Source of the DNA: Planctomycetota bacterium
Lineage (GTDB): Bacteria; Planctomycetota; UBA1135; UBA2386
Assembly (NCBI GenBank): GCA_020848735.1
Contig: JADLHO010000163.1
Location: 3,313-67,312, forward strand
Reading direction: 5' to 3'
DNA: 64,000 bases
In this document: in pieces, positions 10,311 through 19,877 of the stretch
Layout of the letters: every line of letters starts with the position of its first letter
How positions within the stretch are numbered: position 1 is the first letter of the stretch
Position numbers and translations under genes: made by a program
The notes under the pieces: generated by a model
What the model was told of the DNA's origin: nothing
Databases searched by the model: none
Seen by the model: the letters and a program-made list of their open reading frames with translations, nothing else

Positions 10311-10324
10311 ACCAGAGCCCGCGG

Positions 10325-11260
10325 ATGTCCCTCAGCCCCATTCCCGACGCATTGCGCCTGGCGCTCACCGCGGTGCGCGGTGCCGTGCGCGACCACGTTC
10401 CACTCGCGCCGAGTTCGCACCTGCGGATCGGCGGACCCGCCCAATGCCTCGTCGAGGCCGCGACCGAGCAGGACGTCGCCTGGGTGGTGCGCGCCTGCCG
10501 CGAGCACGGCGTGCCGTTGCGCGTGCTCGGCGGGGCCAGCAACATCCTGATCGCCGACGAGGGCGTCGCCGGCGTGGTGCTCTCGCTCGAGCGGCTCAAC
10601 CGCGTCGTCCGCGATGGCACGCGGCTCTGCGCCGGTGCGGGAGTGACCGTGCCGAGCCTCATCCGCCTCTCGCGTGAGCAGGGCCTGGCGGGCCTCGAGG
10701 TGCTCACCGGCGTGCCCGCCCAGGTCGGTGGTGCGGTCGCGATGAACGCCGGCACGCGCGAGGGCGAGACCTTCGATCTCCTCGAGTCGATCCTCGTCGT
10801 CGACCGCGACGGCGAGCTCTCCGAGCTCCGTCGCGACGCGTTCCAGGCCCGCTATCGCGACGGTGGCCTCGCGGGTCGGATCGTCGTCTCGGCCACCTTC
10901 GAGCTCCGTGAGGATGATCCGCGGGCGATCCGCGAGCGCTTCGAGACCTATCTCCGTTATCGCAACGCGACGCAGCCGATCACCGAGCGCAGCATCGGCT
11001 GTGTGTTCCGCAATCCCCCGGGGGATGCCGCCGGACGTCTGATCGAGCGGGCTGGCTGCAAGCTGCTCCGCGACGGCGGCATCAGCGTGAGCGGCAAGCA
11101 CGCGAACTACTTCGTGAACGATGGGTCCGGGAGCAGCGCCGAGTTCGTCCGCCTGATCCACACGGTGGCCGGGCGCGTCGCGGACAACAGCGGCGTGGGG
11201 CTCGAGCTCGAGATCAAGACCTGGGACGTTCGCGGGCTGGACGAGTTCATGGCCCCATGA
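10325..11260 (+). CDS. murB: UDP-N-acetylenolpyruvoylglucosamine reductase
   Basis: ATG 10325 starts MSLSPIPDAL. The product has an FAD-binding PCMH-type N-terminus (LRIGGPA, GGASNIL) and a C-terminal FRNP / GKHANYFVN block. The track ORF from 9836 is an extension that overlaps murC. Confidence 0.88.
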   Translation: MSLSPIPDALRLALTAVRGAVRDHVPLAPSSHLRIGGPAQCLVEAATEQDVAWVVRACREHGVPLRVLGGASNILIADEGVAGVVLSLERLNRVVRDGTRLCAGAGVTVPSLIRLSREQGLAGLEVLTGVPAQVGGAVAMNAGTREGETFDLLESILVVDRDGELSELRRDAFQARYRDGGLAGRIVVSATFELREDDPRAIRERFETYLRYRNATQPITERSIGCVFRNPPGDAAGRLIERAGCKLLRDGGISVSGKHANYFVNDGSGSSAEFVRLIHTVAGRVADNSGVGLELEIKTWDVRGLDEFMAP

Positions 11261-11406
11261 CCCGGGGTCGGGACCCGTCCGGTGGGACGACGGTTCCTGA
11301 ACGGGCTGGGCCACGGTGCGCCGGCTCGGAATACTCCGGTCCGCGTCCGCAAGGGGGCTCCGCCGATCGGGGCTCCGACCTCGTCCAGCACTTCGCTCCA
11401 GCAACC

Positions 11407-13164
11407 ATGTTCGCTTCGCCGCTTCTCGTTGCCGCTCTCGCGGCATTCTCGCCAGCCCCCCAAGAGCCCACCGAGGGCCCCTCGAAGCTCCTGCCGCTCT
11501 CCTCGATCGGCTTCGTGGAGTTCGCCGGACTCGAGGCCTGTGCGCGAGCCGCGAACGAGGCCCCGCTGATCGCGCTCGCCGAGCGCCTCGCCGAGCGCGC
11601 CCTCGGCGCGCGGCCCGCGGCGCTGTTCGCCGCCGAGGTCCTGCCCGAGATCACGGAGGGCCTGCGCGAGACCGGCCTCGGACTGCGGGAGATGCGGGCG
11701 CTCCTGAGGGGGCGGATCGCGCTCGGCTTCGGCCGGCCCGTCGGCTTCGACAATGAACTCCTGCCGGCCTTCGGGCTCGTCGTCGAGATCGGTGACGACG
11801 CCGAGGGTGTGAAGCACGCCATCGACGAGTTCGTCGACGCCATCACGTCCAAGGGGAGCGTGGCCGTGCGGACCGAGAAGCTCGGCGGCATCGAGGCCCA
11901 GGTGCTCCATCACCAGTCGCGGACTGGCGAGATCTGGCTCACCCAGGTCGACAACTACGCCATCGGCACGGTCGGCCGCGGCTACCTCGCCGAGATCCTG
12001 CGCACGTTGCGTGGTGAGCAGCCGTCGATCTGCGGGACCGATCTCGCGCGCCGCGCGCGCAGCGACGTCGGTGAAGGCGCGCTCGCCGTGGGCGCCGTCA
12101 ATCTCCGCCCGATCAGCGACCTCCTGCGTTGGTACGCGCCCTACGAGGCGGATCCGATCCTCGCGGCACTCGGCCTCGGTTCGATCGATGGGATCACCTT
12201 CGGCACCGCGTTCCGCGACGGCCAGTCGGTGGACGTCCTGCGTCTCGCCGGGGAACTGTCGGAGGACGGCCTGCTCGCCGCGCTCGGTGGCGGACGCGTC
12301 GACCCCGCGCTCGTCGCGACGCTGCCTGCCGACACGGCCCTGGTCTGCGGTCTCTCGCTCGATCCCGCGCGCCTCGAGACGGCGATCGCCGCCCTGGTCG
12401 ACGCGCTGCCCCTGCCCGCGCGCCGCGAGTTCAACCGCGAGGTCCGCAATGAGATCACCAACGGACTCCGCGAACTCGGCGTCCCGGTGAGCGATCTCCT
12501 CGCGATGGTGAAGGCGCTCGGTCCCGACCTCGTCCTCGGCGTGACGATGCCCGCGTTCCAGATGGGCGTGCCGCAGTTCCCCCGCATCGTGCTCGCCTGC
12601 CGCGCTGCGCAGGGTTCGGAGATGACGGCGAAGATCGCCGGTCTCTGCGAGCGCTTCGGCGCGGTGGTCCAGTCGCAGACGGTCGACGACCGCACCGTGC
12701 GCTGGGTGAACGTCGAGGGCGCTCCGGTGCGCATCTCGGTCGCGTTCGTCGAGGCCGGCGATCGCATCGTGGCCGCGAGCGACGTGCGCTACCTGAAGGA
12801 GCTCCTGCGCGCGGAGCACGGGCTCGAGTTCGACCCGGCGACCGCCGGCGATGGTTGCTTCCAGAGCTCGGCGCTCTTCGCGTGGCTGCGCGTGCGCGAG
12901 AACGTCGGCACGCTCTGGCAGCAGCTCGCGCCGCAGGTCGAGAACCTGCTCGAGTCGAACGAGCAGATCCCCATCGAGCCCGAGGACCTGCCGACGCCCG
13001 AGGAACTGCACGCCGCGTTGCGGGACGTCTCGATCGGCATCGGCATGGACGAGGCCGGCCTCAGCATCCGCCTGGCGTCGCCGATCGGCGGCGGGTTCTA
13101 CCTCGCGGTCTTCGGCGCGCTCCTGGAAGAGGCGGCGACCGGTTCGCGCAAGCGGACCGGCTGA
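11407..13164 (+). CDS. Hypothetical exported or membrane-anchored protein (about 585 aa)
   Basis: This is a long ORF with high GC3. The Met at 11407 is followed by the hydrophobic segment FASPLLVAALAAF. An alternative ATG at 11257 overlaps the murB stop (ATGA), but 11257-11406 has visibly lower GC3. I recognised no family motif. Confidence 0.55.
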   Translation: MFASPLLVAALAAFSPAPQEPTEGPSKLLPLSSIGFVEFAGLEACARAANEAPLIALAERLAERALGARPAALFAAEVLPEITEGLRETGLGLREMRALLRGRIALGFGRPVGFDNELLPAFGLVVEIGDDAEGVKHAIDEFVDAITSKGSVAVRTEKLGGIEAQVLHHQSRTGEIWLTQVDNYAIGTVGRGYLAEILRTLRGEQPSICGTDLARRARSDVGEGALAVGAVNLRPISDLLRWYAPYEADPILAALGLGSIDGITFGTAFRDGQSVDVLRLAGELSEDGLLAALGGGRVDPALVATLPADTALVCGLSLDPARLETAIAALVDALPLPARREFNREVRNEITNGLRELGVPVSDLLAMVKALGPDLVLGVTMPAFQMGVPQFPRIVLACRAAQGSEMTAKIAGLCERFGAVVQSQTVDDRTVRWVNVEGAPVRISVAFVEAGDRIVAASDVRYLKELLRAEHGLEFDPATAGDGCFQSSALFAWLRVRENVGTLWQQLAPQVENLLESNEQIPIEPEDLPTPEELHAALRDVSIGIGMDEAGLSIRLASPIGGGFYLAVFGALLEEAATGSRKRTG

Positions 13165-13189
13165 TCGCGCGGCGGATCGCCCCGGGCCA

Positions 13190-13777
13190 TCAACGGCGCA
13201 GGGAATCCCTCACGGCGCGACGCACGTCGCGCAGGTCGCGCTCGACCGCGTTGCGGAGCACGCCACCGAGCTCGCGGCGGACGGTGTCCCCGACGATTCC
13301 GCCGACACCGACCTCGACGGCCGTGTGCAGGATCGGGTCGTAGACCATGCGACCCGCGCTGGCCTCGACCACGCGCACGGACTCGGAGTCGCGGCGGGCC
13401 GCCGCCTCGGCCGCGCGGACCTCGCGCAGGCGCTCGATGTGGGCCTCGGCTGCGGCGCCGAGCTGGACCTTGCGCTGCGCGTCCGCGCGGGCGAGCTCCT
13501 CGGCGCGATCGGACTCGCGCTTCGAGAGCTGCTCGGCCGTCAGGCCGTCTGCCTCGATCTTCCAGACGAGTGCCTTGGCGATCTGGACCTCGCCGCCCTC
13601 GACGCGGATCACGTAGACGCCGTTCTCCTCGCGGAGCAGCACGCCTTCGATGAAGTCGGGACTGCCGTCGGTGATCTTGGCGGCGGCTTCGGCCGTGCCG
13701 AGATGGAAGCGGTCAGCGAAGAGACTCGGCGCGAGACCGAGCGAGAGCAGGACGGGGAGCAGGTTGCGCAACAGCAT
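13190..13777 (-). CDS. Hypothetical secreted protein
   Basis: The internal Met at 13777 is preceded by GAGGA about 8 nt upstream. It is followed by a signal-peptide-like MLLRNLLPVLLSLGLAPSLFA. The central region is charged and coiled-coil-like. Confidence 0.5.
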   Translation of the reverse strand: MLLRNLLPVLLSLGLAPSLFADRFHLGTAEAAAKITDGSPDFIEGVLLREENGVYVIRVEGGEVQIAKALVWKIEADGLTAEQLSKRESDRAEELARADAQRKVQLGAAAEAHIERLREVRAAEAAARRDSESVRVVEASAGRMVYDPILHTAVEVGVGGIVGDTVRRELGGVLRNAVERDLRDVRRAVRDSLRR

Positions 13778-13934
13778 CGGGAGATCCTCGAAGGGTGCCG
13801 AAGTGTACGTCAGAGCTTCGCGCCCTGGGCTCGCGTGCGGAGCGGCGATGACAACGTCAGGTCGTGCGTCGCGGTCCCGGATCGGGAGCGACACGCCCCG
13901 CGTGACGGGTCCCGGCGCGAGGTCCCCACGGCGC

Positions 13935-16655
13935 TCAATGCGCGGCGAGCCAGTCGCGGCCGTGTCCGATCGCGACGTCGAGGGGGACCAGAAGTTGCGC
14001 CGCGTCGGCCATGCACTGCCGCAGCAGGATCGTGACCTCGCTCAGCTCGTCGTCGGGAACGTCGAGCACGAGCTCGTCGTGCACCTGCAGGAGCAGTTTC
14101 GCCCGCAGTCCGCGCCTCACGAGCTCTGCGTGCACGGCGAGCATCGCGCGCTTCACGATGTCCGCCGCGGTGCCCTGGATCGGCGTGTTCACCGCCATGT
14201 TCTCGGCGGCGACGCGCAGCGGCACGTTGTCGGAGTCGATGTCGGGGAGCGGGCGGCGGCGTCCGAAGAGCGTGTGCACCTCGCGGTCCGTGCGCGCGCG
14301 TGCCAGCGTCGAGTCCAGCCAACGCTTCACTCCCGGGAACGCGCCGAAGTAGGCATCGATGAAGCGCCGCGCCTCGGCGGCGGTCATCCCCGTCTCGGCC
14401 GCGAGGCGTGACGGTCCCATGCCGTAGACGAGGCCGTAGTTGATGACCTTCGCCTGCGTGCGCATCTCAGGTGTCACCATGCCCGGGAGGAGCCCGTGCA
14501 CGCGCGCCGCGGTGCGTTGGTGGACGTCCTCACCGGTGCGGAAGGCCTCGATGAGCCCCGCGTCCTCCGCGACGTGGGCGAGGATGCGCAGCTCGATCTG
14601 GCTGTAGTCGGCCGACAGGAGCTGCCAGCCCGCGCCCCGCGAGACGAACGCGCGGCGGACCTCGCGTCCCCATTCGGTGCGGATCGGGATGTTCTGCAGG
14701 TTCGGGTTGTCGGACGAGAGTCGCCCCGTGGCCGCGACCGCCTGGTTGAACGAGGTGTGGATGCGCCCGGTGCGCGGATGCACCATCCCGGGCAGCGTCT
14801 CGACGTACGTGCTCGCGAGCTTGCTGAGCTGCCGCCAGTCGAGGATGAGCCGCGGGACCTCGTGGTGCGCGGCGAGGGCCTCGAGCACGTCGGCATCGGT
14901 CTTCCACTGACCCGTCTTCGTCTTCTTGGGGCGCAGCCCCGCCGCCTTGTGCACCTCGAGCTTCTCGAAGAGCACGACTCCGATCTGCGCCGGCGAGTTG
15001 AGGTTGAACGGCTCGCCGGCCCGCTCGCTGATCCGCTGCTCGAGGCGTGCGATCTCCGCTGCGAGTCGTTCGCCGAGTCGTCGCAGGTGCTCGAGGTCGA
15101 CGCGGATGCCCTCGCGCTCCATGTCGAGGAGCACCTCGACGAGCGGCAGCTCGAGCTCCTCGAAGATCGCCGTGAGCCGCGCGTTCGCGAGTTCGGGCGC
15201 CATGCGTTCGCGAAGACGCCAGGTGAAGTCGGCGTCCTCGGCCGCGTAACGGCCGGCGAGGTCGATGTCGACCTGATCGAAGGTCTTCTGCTGCTTGCCG
15301 GTGCCGAGCAGCTCCTTCGTGGCGATCTTCCGGTAGTCGAAGTAGCGCAGCGAGAGCGCATCGAGGTTGTGCTGGCCGACGCCGGGCGAGAGCAGATACG
15401 ACGCGAGCATCGTGTCGAACTCGAGGCCGCGCACCGCGACACCCGCGTTGCGGAACACATGGAGGTCGTACTTCGCGTTCTGACCGGTCTTCCGCAGCGT
15501 CGCGTCCTCGAGCACGTCGCGCAGTGCGTCGAGCAGCGCGGCGCGACCCTCCTGCAGCACGGGCGGCTCGAGGTTGAACGGGACGTAGTAGGCCAGGCCC
15601 GCGCGCCACGCGAACGACACGCCGACCAGCTCGGCGCGCATCGGATCGAGGCTCGTCGTCTCCGTGTCGACCGCGAAGCGCCCCGCGGAGCGCAGTTCCG
15701 CGAGCAGGGCGGCGAGCTCGTCGGCGTTGCGCACGATGCGGTAGTCCTGCTCGCCCACGCTCGGTTTGTCGTCCTGGATCTCGCGCGCGAGGGACTCGAA
15801 CTCGAGCTCCCGGAAGAGCGCGCGGAGCGCCGCCTTGTCGGGTCGCGGTGCGGACAGCGCGGTGGCCGAGGTCGTCAGGGGGACGTCGGTGCGGATCGTC
15901 ACGAGGCGGCGCGAGAGGAGCGCGAGCTCGCGATTCCCCTCCAGCGAGGCCTTGATCGACGGCGGCTTCACGTCGCCGGTGCGCTCGAGCAGGGCGTCGA
16001 GCGAACCGAACTCGGCGAGCAGCTTGCCTGCGGTCTTCTCGCCGACCTTCGGCACGCCCGGCACGTTGTCCGACGAGTCGCCCATCAGGGCGAGCAGGTC
16101 GACCATGCGCTCCGGCGGGACGCCGAACCTCGCACGCACCGCCTCGGCATCGAGGATCTCCGGGGCCGCGGTGCTGCTGCGCAGGTTCCAGAGGCGGATG
16201 CGTTCGTCGACGAGCTGCGCGAAGTCCTTGTCGCCGGTGACGATGAACACGTCCATGCCGGCATCGCGGCCCTGCACCGCGAGCGCCCCGATCACGTCGT
16301 CGGCCTCGTGGCCGGGGCTGTCGACGATGGGGATTCCGAAGGCCTCGACGACGCGGCGGATGTCGTCGAACTGCGCGACCATCTCCTCGGGCGCCTTCTC
16401 GCGCGTCGACTTGTATTCGGGGTAGATCCGGGTGCGCTCGAGTTCCTCGCGCGAACCGTCGAAGGCGACGGCGACCAGGTCGGGCTTCTCGCGATCGAGG
16501 AGCGAGCGCAGCGTGATCGTGAAGCCGAAGGTCGCACCGGTCGGGTGACCGTCGCGGCGCGTGAGACTGCCGCGGGACGAGTTCGCGAACGCGAAGTAGG
16601 AGCGGTACGCGAGTGCGGTGCCGTCGATCAGGAACAGTCGTCGACGGTCGGTCAT
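13935..16655 (-). CDS. polA: DNA polymerase I
   Basis: The 906-aa product has a 5'-3' exonuclease N-terminus (LFLIDGTALAYRSYFA), a 3'-5' exonuclease ExoI motif (FAVDTETTSLDP) and polymerase motif C (LLQVHDELVLDVP). Confidence 0.97.
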   Translation of the reverse strand: MTDRRRLFLIDGTALAYRSYFAFANSSRGSLTRRDGHPTGATFGFTITLRSLLDREKPDLVAVAFDGSREELERTRIYPEYKSTREKAPEEMVAQFDDIRRVVEAFGIPIVDSPGHEADDVIGALAVQGRDAGMDVFIVTGDKDFAQLVDERIRLWNLRSSTAAPEILDAEAVRARFGVPPERMVDLLALMGDSSDNVPGVPKVGEKTAGKLLAEFGSLDALLERTGDVKPPSIKASLEGNRELALLSRRLVTIRTDVPLTTSATALSAPRPDKAALRALFRELEFESLAREIQDDKPSVGEQDYRIVRNADELAALLAELRSAGRFAVDTETTSLDPMRAELVGVSFAWRAGLAYYVPFNLEPPVLQEGRAALLDALRDVLEDATLRKTGQNAKYDLHVFRNAGVAVRGLEFDTMLASYLLSPGVGQHNLDALSLRYFDYRKIATKELLGTGKQQKTFDQVDIDLAGRYAAEDADFTWRLRERMAPELANARLTAIFEELELPLVEVLLDMEREGIRVDLEHLRRLGERLAAEIARLEQRISERAGEPFNLNSPAQIGVVLFEKLEVHKAAGLRPKKTKTGQWKTDADVLEALAAHHEVPRLILDWRQLSKLASTYVETLPGMVHPRTGRIHTSFNQAVAATGRLSSDNPNLQNIPIRTEWGREVRRAFVSRGAGWQLLSADYSQIELRILAHVAEDAGLIEAFRTGEDVHQRTAARVHGLLPGMVTPEMRTQAKVINYGLVYGMGPSRLAAETGMTAAEARRFIDAYFGAFPGVKRWLDSTLARARTDREVHTLFGRRRPLPDIDSDNVPLRVAAENMAVNTPIQGTAADIVKRAMLAVHAELVRRGLRAKLLLQVHDELVLDVPDDELSEVTILLRQCMADAAQLLVPLDVAIGHGRDWLAAH

Positions 16656-16667
16656 GAGGGCTCCGGT

Positions 16668-18404
16668 TCAGCGGGCTGCGGCGACGAGCGGCTTGCCGTC
16701 GGGGGTGAAGATGCGCGCGGCGAGCAGTTCGACGGGTCCGTCCTCGACGCGCAGCGAGACGCGCGGCGAATGCCAGAGGTCGAAGGGACCGGTGAGAGCG
16801 CGGACGCCTTCGAACCAACGCGCGCCGCTCCGCTGGCGGACGGGACGCAGCGTGCCGTCCTGCGTGATGCGGAAGCGCAGGTCGCCGCTGCGCGCGTCGA
16901 TGACGGGAGTGCCGACGAGACGCACGCCGCGAGTCATGAAGCGCGGTCGTGGATTCCCGGTGCCGAAGGGGCCGAGGAGGTCGAGGGAGCGCACCTCGCG
17001 AGGTTCGAGTTCGGCGAGGGTGACGGTGCCGTCGAGCGCCTGATCCGTGGGTGCGACGAGCGCGCGATCCGCGACCGCGTTGATGGCGGCGCGGAACTCG
17101 TCGAGCTTGTCGCGCCGGATCTCGAGTCCGGCCGCCGCGGCGTGACCGCCGTAGCTCGAGAGGAGATGGCTGCACTCGTGCATCGCCTGCCGCAGGTGGA
17201 TGCCACCCGGCGAACGCCCCGACCCGCGACCCACCTCGCCGTCGAACGAGATGAGGATCACGGGTCGATCGGTCGTCTCCGCGATGCGCGCGGCGACGAT
17301 GCCGAGCACGCCGGGATGCCAGTCGTCGCCCGCGAGCACGAGGAGCTTGTCGTCGTGCAGCTCGGCCTCCCGCCGCACGCGCTCGACGAGCTCGCGTTCG
17401 ACCCGGCGTCGCAGTTCGTTGTGCTTCTCCAGGACCTTCGCGGCCTCCTGGGCCTGCTGGTAGCCCCGAGCGGTCAGGAGCTGCACGGCCTCGATCGCGC
17501 GGCCCATGCGGCCGGCGGCGTTGAGGAGCGGTGCGATGCGGAACGCGACGTCCTCGGCTTCCGGCGAGCGGTTCGACAGGCCGGCGCAGTCGAGCAGCGC
17601 ACGGATCCCCGGGCTCTTGCTGACGGCGAGCGCCCGCAGCCCGTGGAACACCATCGCGCGGTTCTCGCCGCGCAGCGGCGCGACGTCGGCGATCGTGCCC
17701 AGCGCGACGTAGGCCATCGCATCGACGAGGAAGCCGGCGAACTCGTCGCCCTCGCGCCGGTTGCGGGAGAAGGCCTGCGCGACCGCGGCCGCGAGCCGGA
17801 AGGCGACGCCGCAGCCCGCCAGATCGCGGTCGGGATAGCCCGCGCCGGGCAGGCGGGGATTCAGCACCGCGAAGGCCTTCGCGACGTTGTCGGAGGTGCC
17901 GTGGTGATCCGTGACGATGACGTCGCAGCCGCCCGCCTGGATCCGCTCGATCCAGGTGCCGGCGTTCGTCCCGTTGTCGACCGAGATGCACAGATCGAAG
18001 CGTCCGGCGGCGATGGCCTGCTGCGAGGCGGCGGTGAAGGAGTAGCCGTCGCGGCGGTCCGGGATGAACGCCTCGGCGTCGACCTCCATCAGCTTGAGGA
18101 ACTGGAGGAGGAGGACCGTGCCGCTGATCCCGTCCACGTCGTAGTCCCCGTGGATCAGGATGCGTTGGCCCCGATGGATCGCCGTGCGGATCCGATCGAC
18201 GGCCTTCTCCATCTCGACGAACGCGTAGGGGTCGGCGAGGGAGCCGAGGTCGGGACGCAGGAGCACGCGGGCGCGCTCGGGATCGTCATGGCCGCGCGCG
18301 AGCAGCACGCGCGCGAGGAGTTCGCATTGGCCCAGCGTCCGCGCCAGAGCGCGCTCGCGAGGGTCCGGATCGGGCACTCGGCTCGGCAGGCGCTCCAGCG
18401 GCAT
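16668..18404 (-). CDS. recJ: Single-stranded-DNA-specific exonuclease RecJ
   Basis: DHH-family motifs are present (ILIHGDYDVDGISGT, VIVTDHH, GGHAAAAG). The start is placed at the Met of MPLERLPS (18404). The upstream part of the track ORF is Arg/Pro-rich junk. Confidence 0.92.
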   Translation of the reverse strand: MPLERLPSRVPDPDPRERALARTLGQCELLARVLLARGHDDPERARVLLRPDLGSLADPYAFVEMEKAVDRIRTAIHRGQRILIHGDYDVDGISGTVLLLQFLKLMEVDAEAFIPDRRDGYSFTAASQQAIAAGRFDLCISVDNGTNAGTWIERIQAGGCDVIVTDHHGTSDNVAKAFAVLNPRLPGAGYPDRDLAGCGVAFRLAAAVAQAFSRNRREGDEFAGFLVDAMAYVALGTIADVAPLRGENRAMVFHGLRALAVSKSPGIRALLDCAGLSNRSPEAEDVAFRIAPLLNAAGRMGRAIEAVQLLTARGYQQAQEAAKVLEKHNELRRRVERELVERVRREAELHDDKLLVLAGDDWHPGVLGIVAARIAETTDRPVILISFDGEVGRGSGRSPGGIHLRQAMHECSHLLSSYGGHAAAAGLEIRRDKLDEFRAAINAVADRALVAPTDQALDGTVTLAELEPREVRSLDLLGPFGTGNPRPRFMTRGVRLVGTPVIDARSGDLRFRITQDGTLRPVRQRSGARWFEGVRALTGPFDLWHSPRVSLRVEDGPVELLAARIFTPDGKPLVAAAR

Positions 18405-18445
18405 CGCGGCTATGGTAGCGACGCATAGCGGCTGCGACACGCGCG

Positions 18446-19831
18446 ATGGACACGACGAACCAGACGGATCTTGCTGCGCTCCTGCGGGGTTTGCCGTCCG
18501 TCGACCAGCTCGCGCGCGACGAATCCCTGGCCGACCTTCCCGCGCGGGTGGTCGTGCGCGAGGCGCGTCGGGTCCTCGAGGGATTGCGGGATGCGGCGCG
18601 TCGTCAGGCCGCGTCCGGCGGGTCCGCCGCGCCGTCGTTCGCACGTCCCGCCCTGCTCGCGCGGCTGCGCGAGGCGGTCCAGTCCTCACTCGCGCGGCGG
18701 CACCGCCGCGTGATCAACGCGACGGGGATCGTGCTGCACACCGGACTCGGCCGGGCTCCGCTCGCCGCGGCGGCGCGCGCGGCGATCCAGGAGGCGGCGG
18801 GGTATGCCGTCGTCGAGGTCGATCCCCGGGATGGGGCGCGCAATCAGCGCGAGTCCGCCGTCGCCGCGCTGCTCGTGGAGCTCAGTTCGGCACCCGCGGC
18901 GCTCGTCGTGAACAACAACGCCGCGGCGGTGAACCTCGTGCTGCGCGCCCTGGCCGAGGGTCGCGAGGTCGTCGTCTCGCGCGGCGAACTCGTCGAGATC
19001 GGCGGCGGGTTCCGCATGCCCGACGTCATGGCCGAGGCCGGCTGCCGCATGGTCGAGGTCGGCACGACGAACCGCACCCATCTCCGCGACTACGAGCGCG
19101 TCCTGCGGGCCGAGACCGCGATGCTGCTGAAGGTCCACCCGAGCAACTTCCGCGTGCTCGGCTTCCATGCGGTGCCCTCGCTCGCGGAACTCGTCGCGCT
19201 CGGCCGCGCGCGCGGTGTGCCGACCTTCGACGACCTCGGCTCCGGACTGCTCGTCGCCGACGTGCCCGCGGCACTGAGCGAGGAACCCTCGGTCCGTGAG
19301 AGCCTCGCGGCCGGCGCGTCGCTCGTCTCGTTCTCGGGTGACAAGCTCCTCGGCGGTCCGCAGTGCGGCATCGTGCTCGGCGAGCGCGCGCTCGTCGAAC
19401 GCGTGCGTGCCCACCCGCTCTACCGCGCGTTCCGTTGCGACAAGCTCGCACTCGCGGCCCTGGAGGCGACTCTCGCGATCTACCGCGACGGCGATCCGCT
19501 CGCCGAGATCCCGACCCTGCGCGCGATCGCACGCGGCGCGGCGGAGCTCACGGCGATCGCGACGCGCCTGCACGACCGGCTCGGGATCGCCGGGTCGCGC
19601 GTGTGCGCCAGCGAGTCGTTCGTCGGCAGCGGCGCGAACCCCGCACGTGCCCTGCCCTCGTCGGCCCTCGTGCTTCCGGGCGGAGCCCGGACCGCGGAGC
19701 GCCTGCGCTGCGGCGGTGAGCCACCGGTGTGCGCGCGCGTCGCCGACGACGGCGTGTGGCTCGATGCGCGCACGCTCGCGGACGAAGACCTCGACGAGGT
19801 CGCGCGTTCCATCGCGCGCGCCCTCGCGTGA
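18446..19831 (+). CDS. selA: L-seryl-tRNA(Sec) selenium transferase
   Basis: The N-terminus LLRGLPSVDQL and the PLP-lysine block FSGDKLLGGPQCGIVLG are typical of SelA. The gene is adjacent to selD. Confidence 0.9.
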   Translation: MDTTNQTDLAALLRGLPSVDQLARDESLADLPARVVVREARRVLEGLRDAARRQAASGGSAAPSFARPALLARLREAVQSSLARRHRRVINATGIVLHTGLGRAPLAAAARAAIQEAAGYAVVEVDPRDGARNQRESAVAALLVELSSAPAALVVNNNAAAVNLVLRALAEGREVVVSRGELVEIGGGFRMPDVMAEAGCRMVEVGTTNRTHLRDYERVLRAETAMLLKVHPSNFRVLGFHAVPSLAELVALGRARGVPTFDDLGSGLLVADVPAALSEEPSVRESLAAGASLVSFSGDKLLGGPQCGIVLGERALVERVRAHPLYRAFRCDKLALAALEATLAIYRDGDPLAEIPTLRAIARGAAELTAIATRLHDRLGIAGSRVCASESFVGSGANPARALPSSALVLPGGARTAERLRCGGEPPVCARVADDGVWLDARTLADEDLDEVARSIARALA

Positions 19832-19877
19832 AGCTCCTGCCGACGCCCCGCTCGCCGTGACCCGATCCTCGCAAGGC

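Noticed and set aside
14496-18428. 1310-aa plus-strand ORF, and the 1153-aa alternative minus frame 14530..17991, over polA/recJ
   Set aside because: Both are compositional artefacts with Arg/Ala/Glu runs. polA and recJ in the chosen frames have complete motif sets.
18405-18445. TATGGT hexamers as -10 promoter boxes: 18411-18416 in the 41-bp recJ/selA divergent spacer, and again at 43303-43308, 7 nt before the amidohydrolase ATG (possible leaderless mRNA)
   Set aside because: No convincing -35 partner lies at 16-18 nt in either case. A single hexamer match is too weak to report as a feature.
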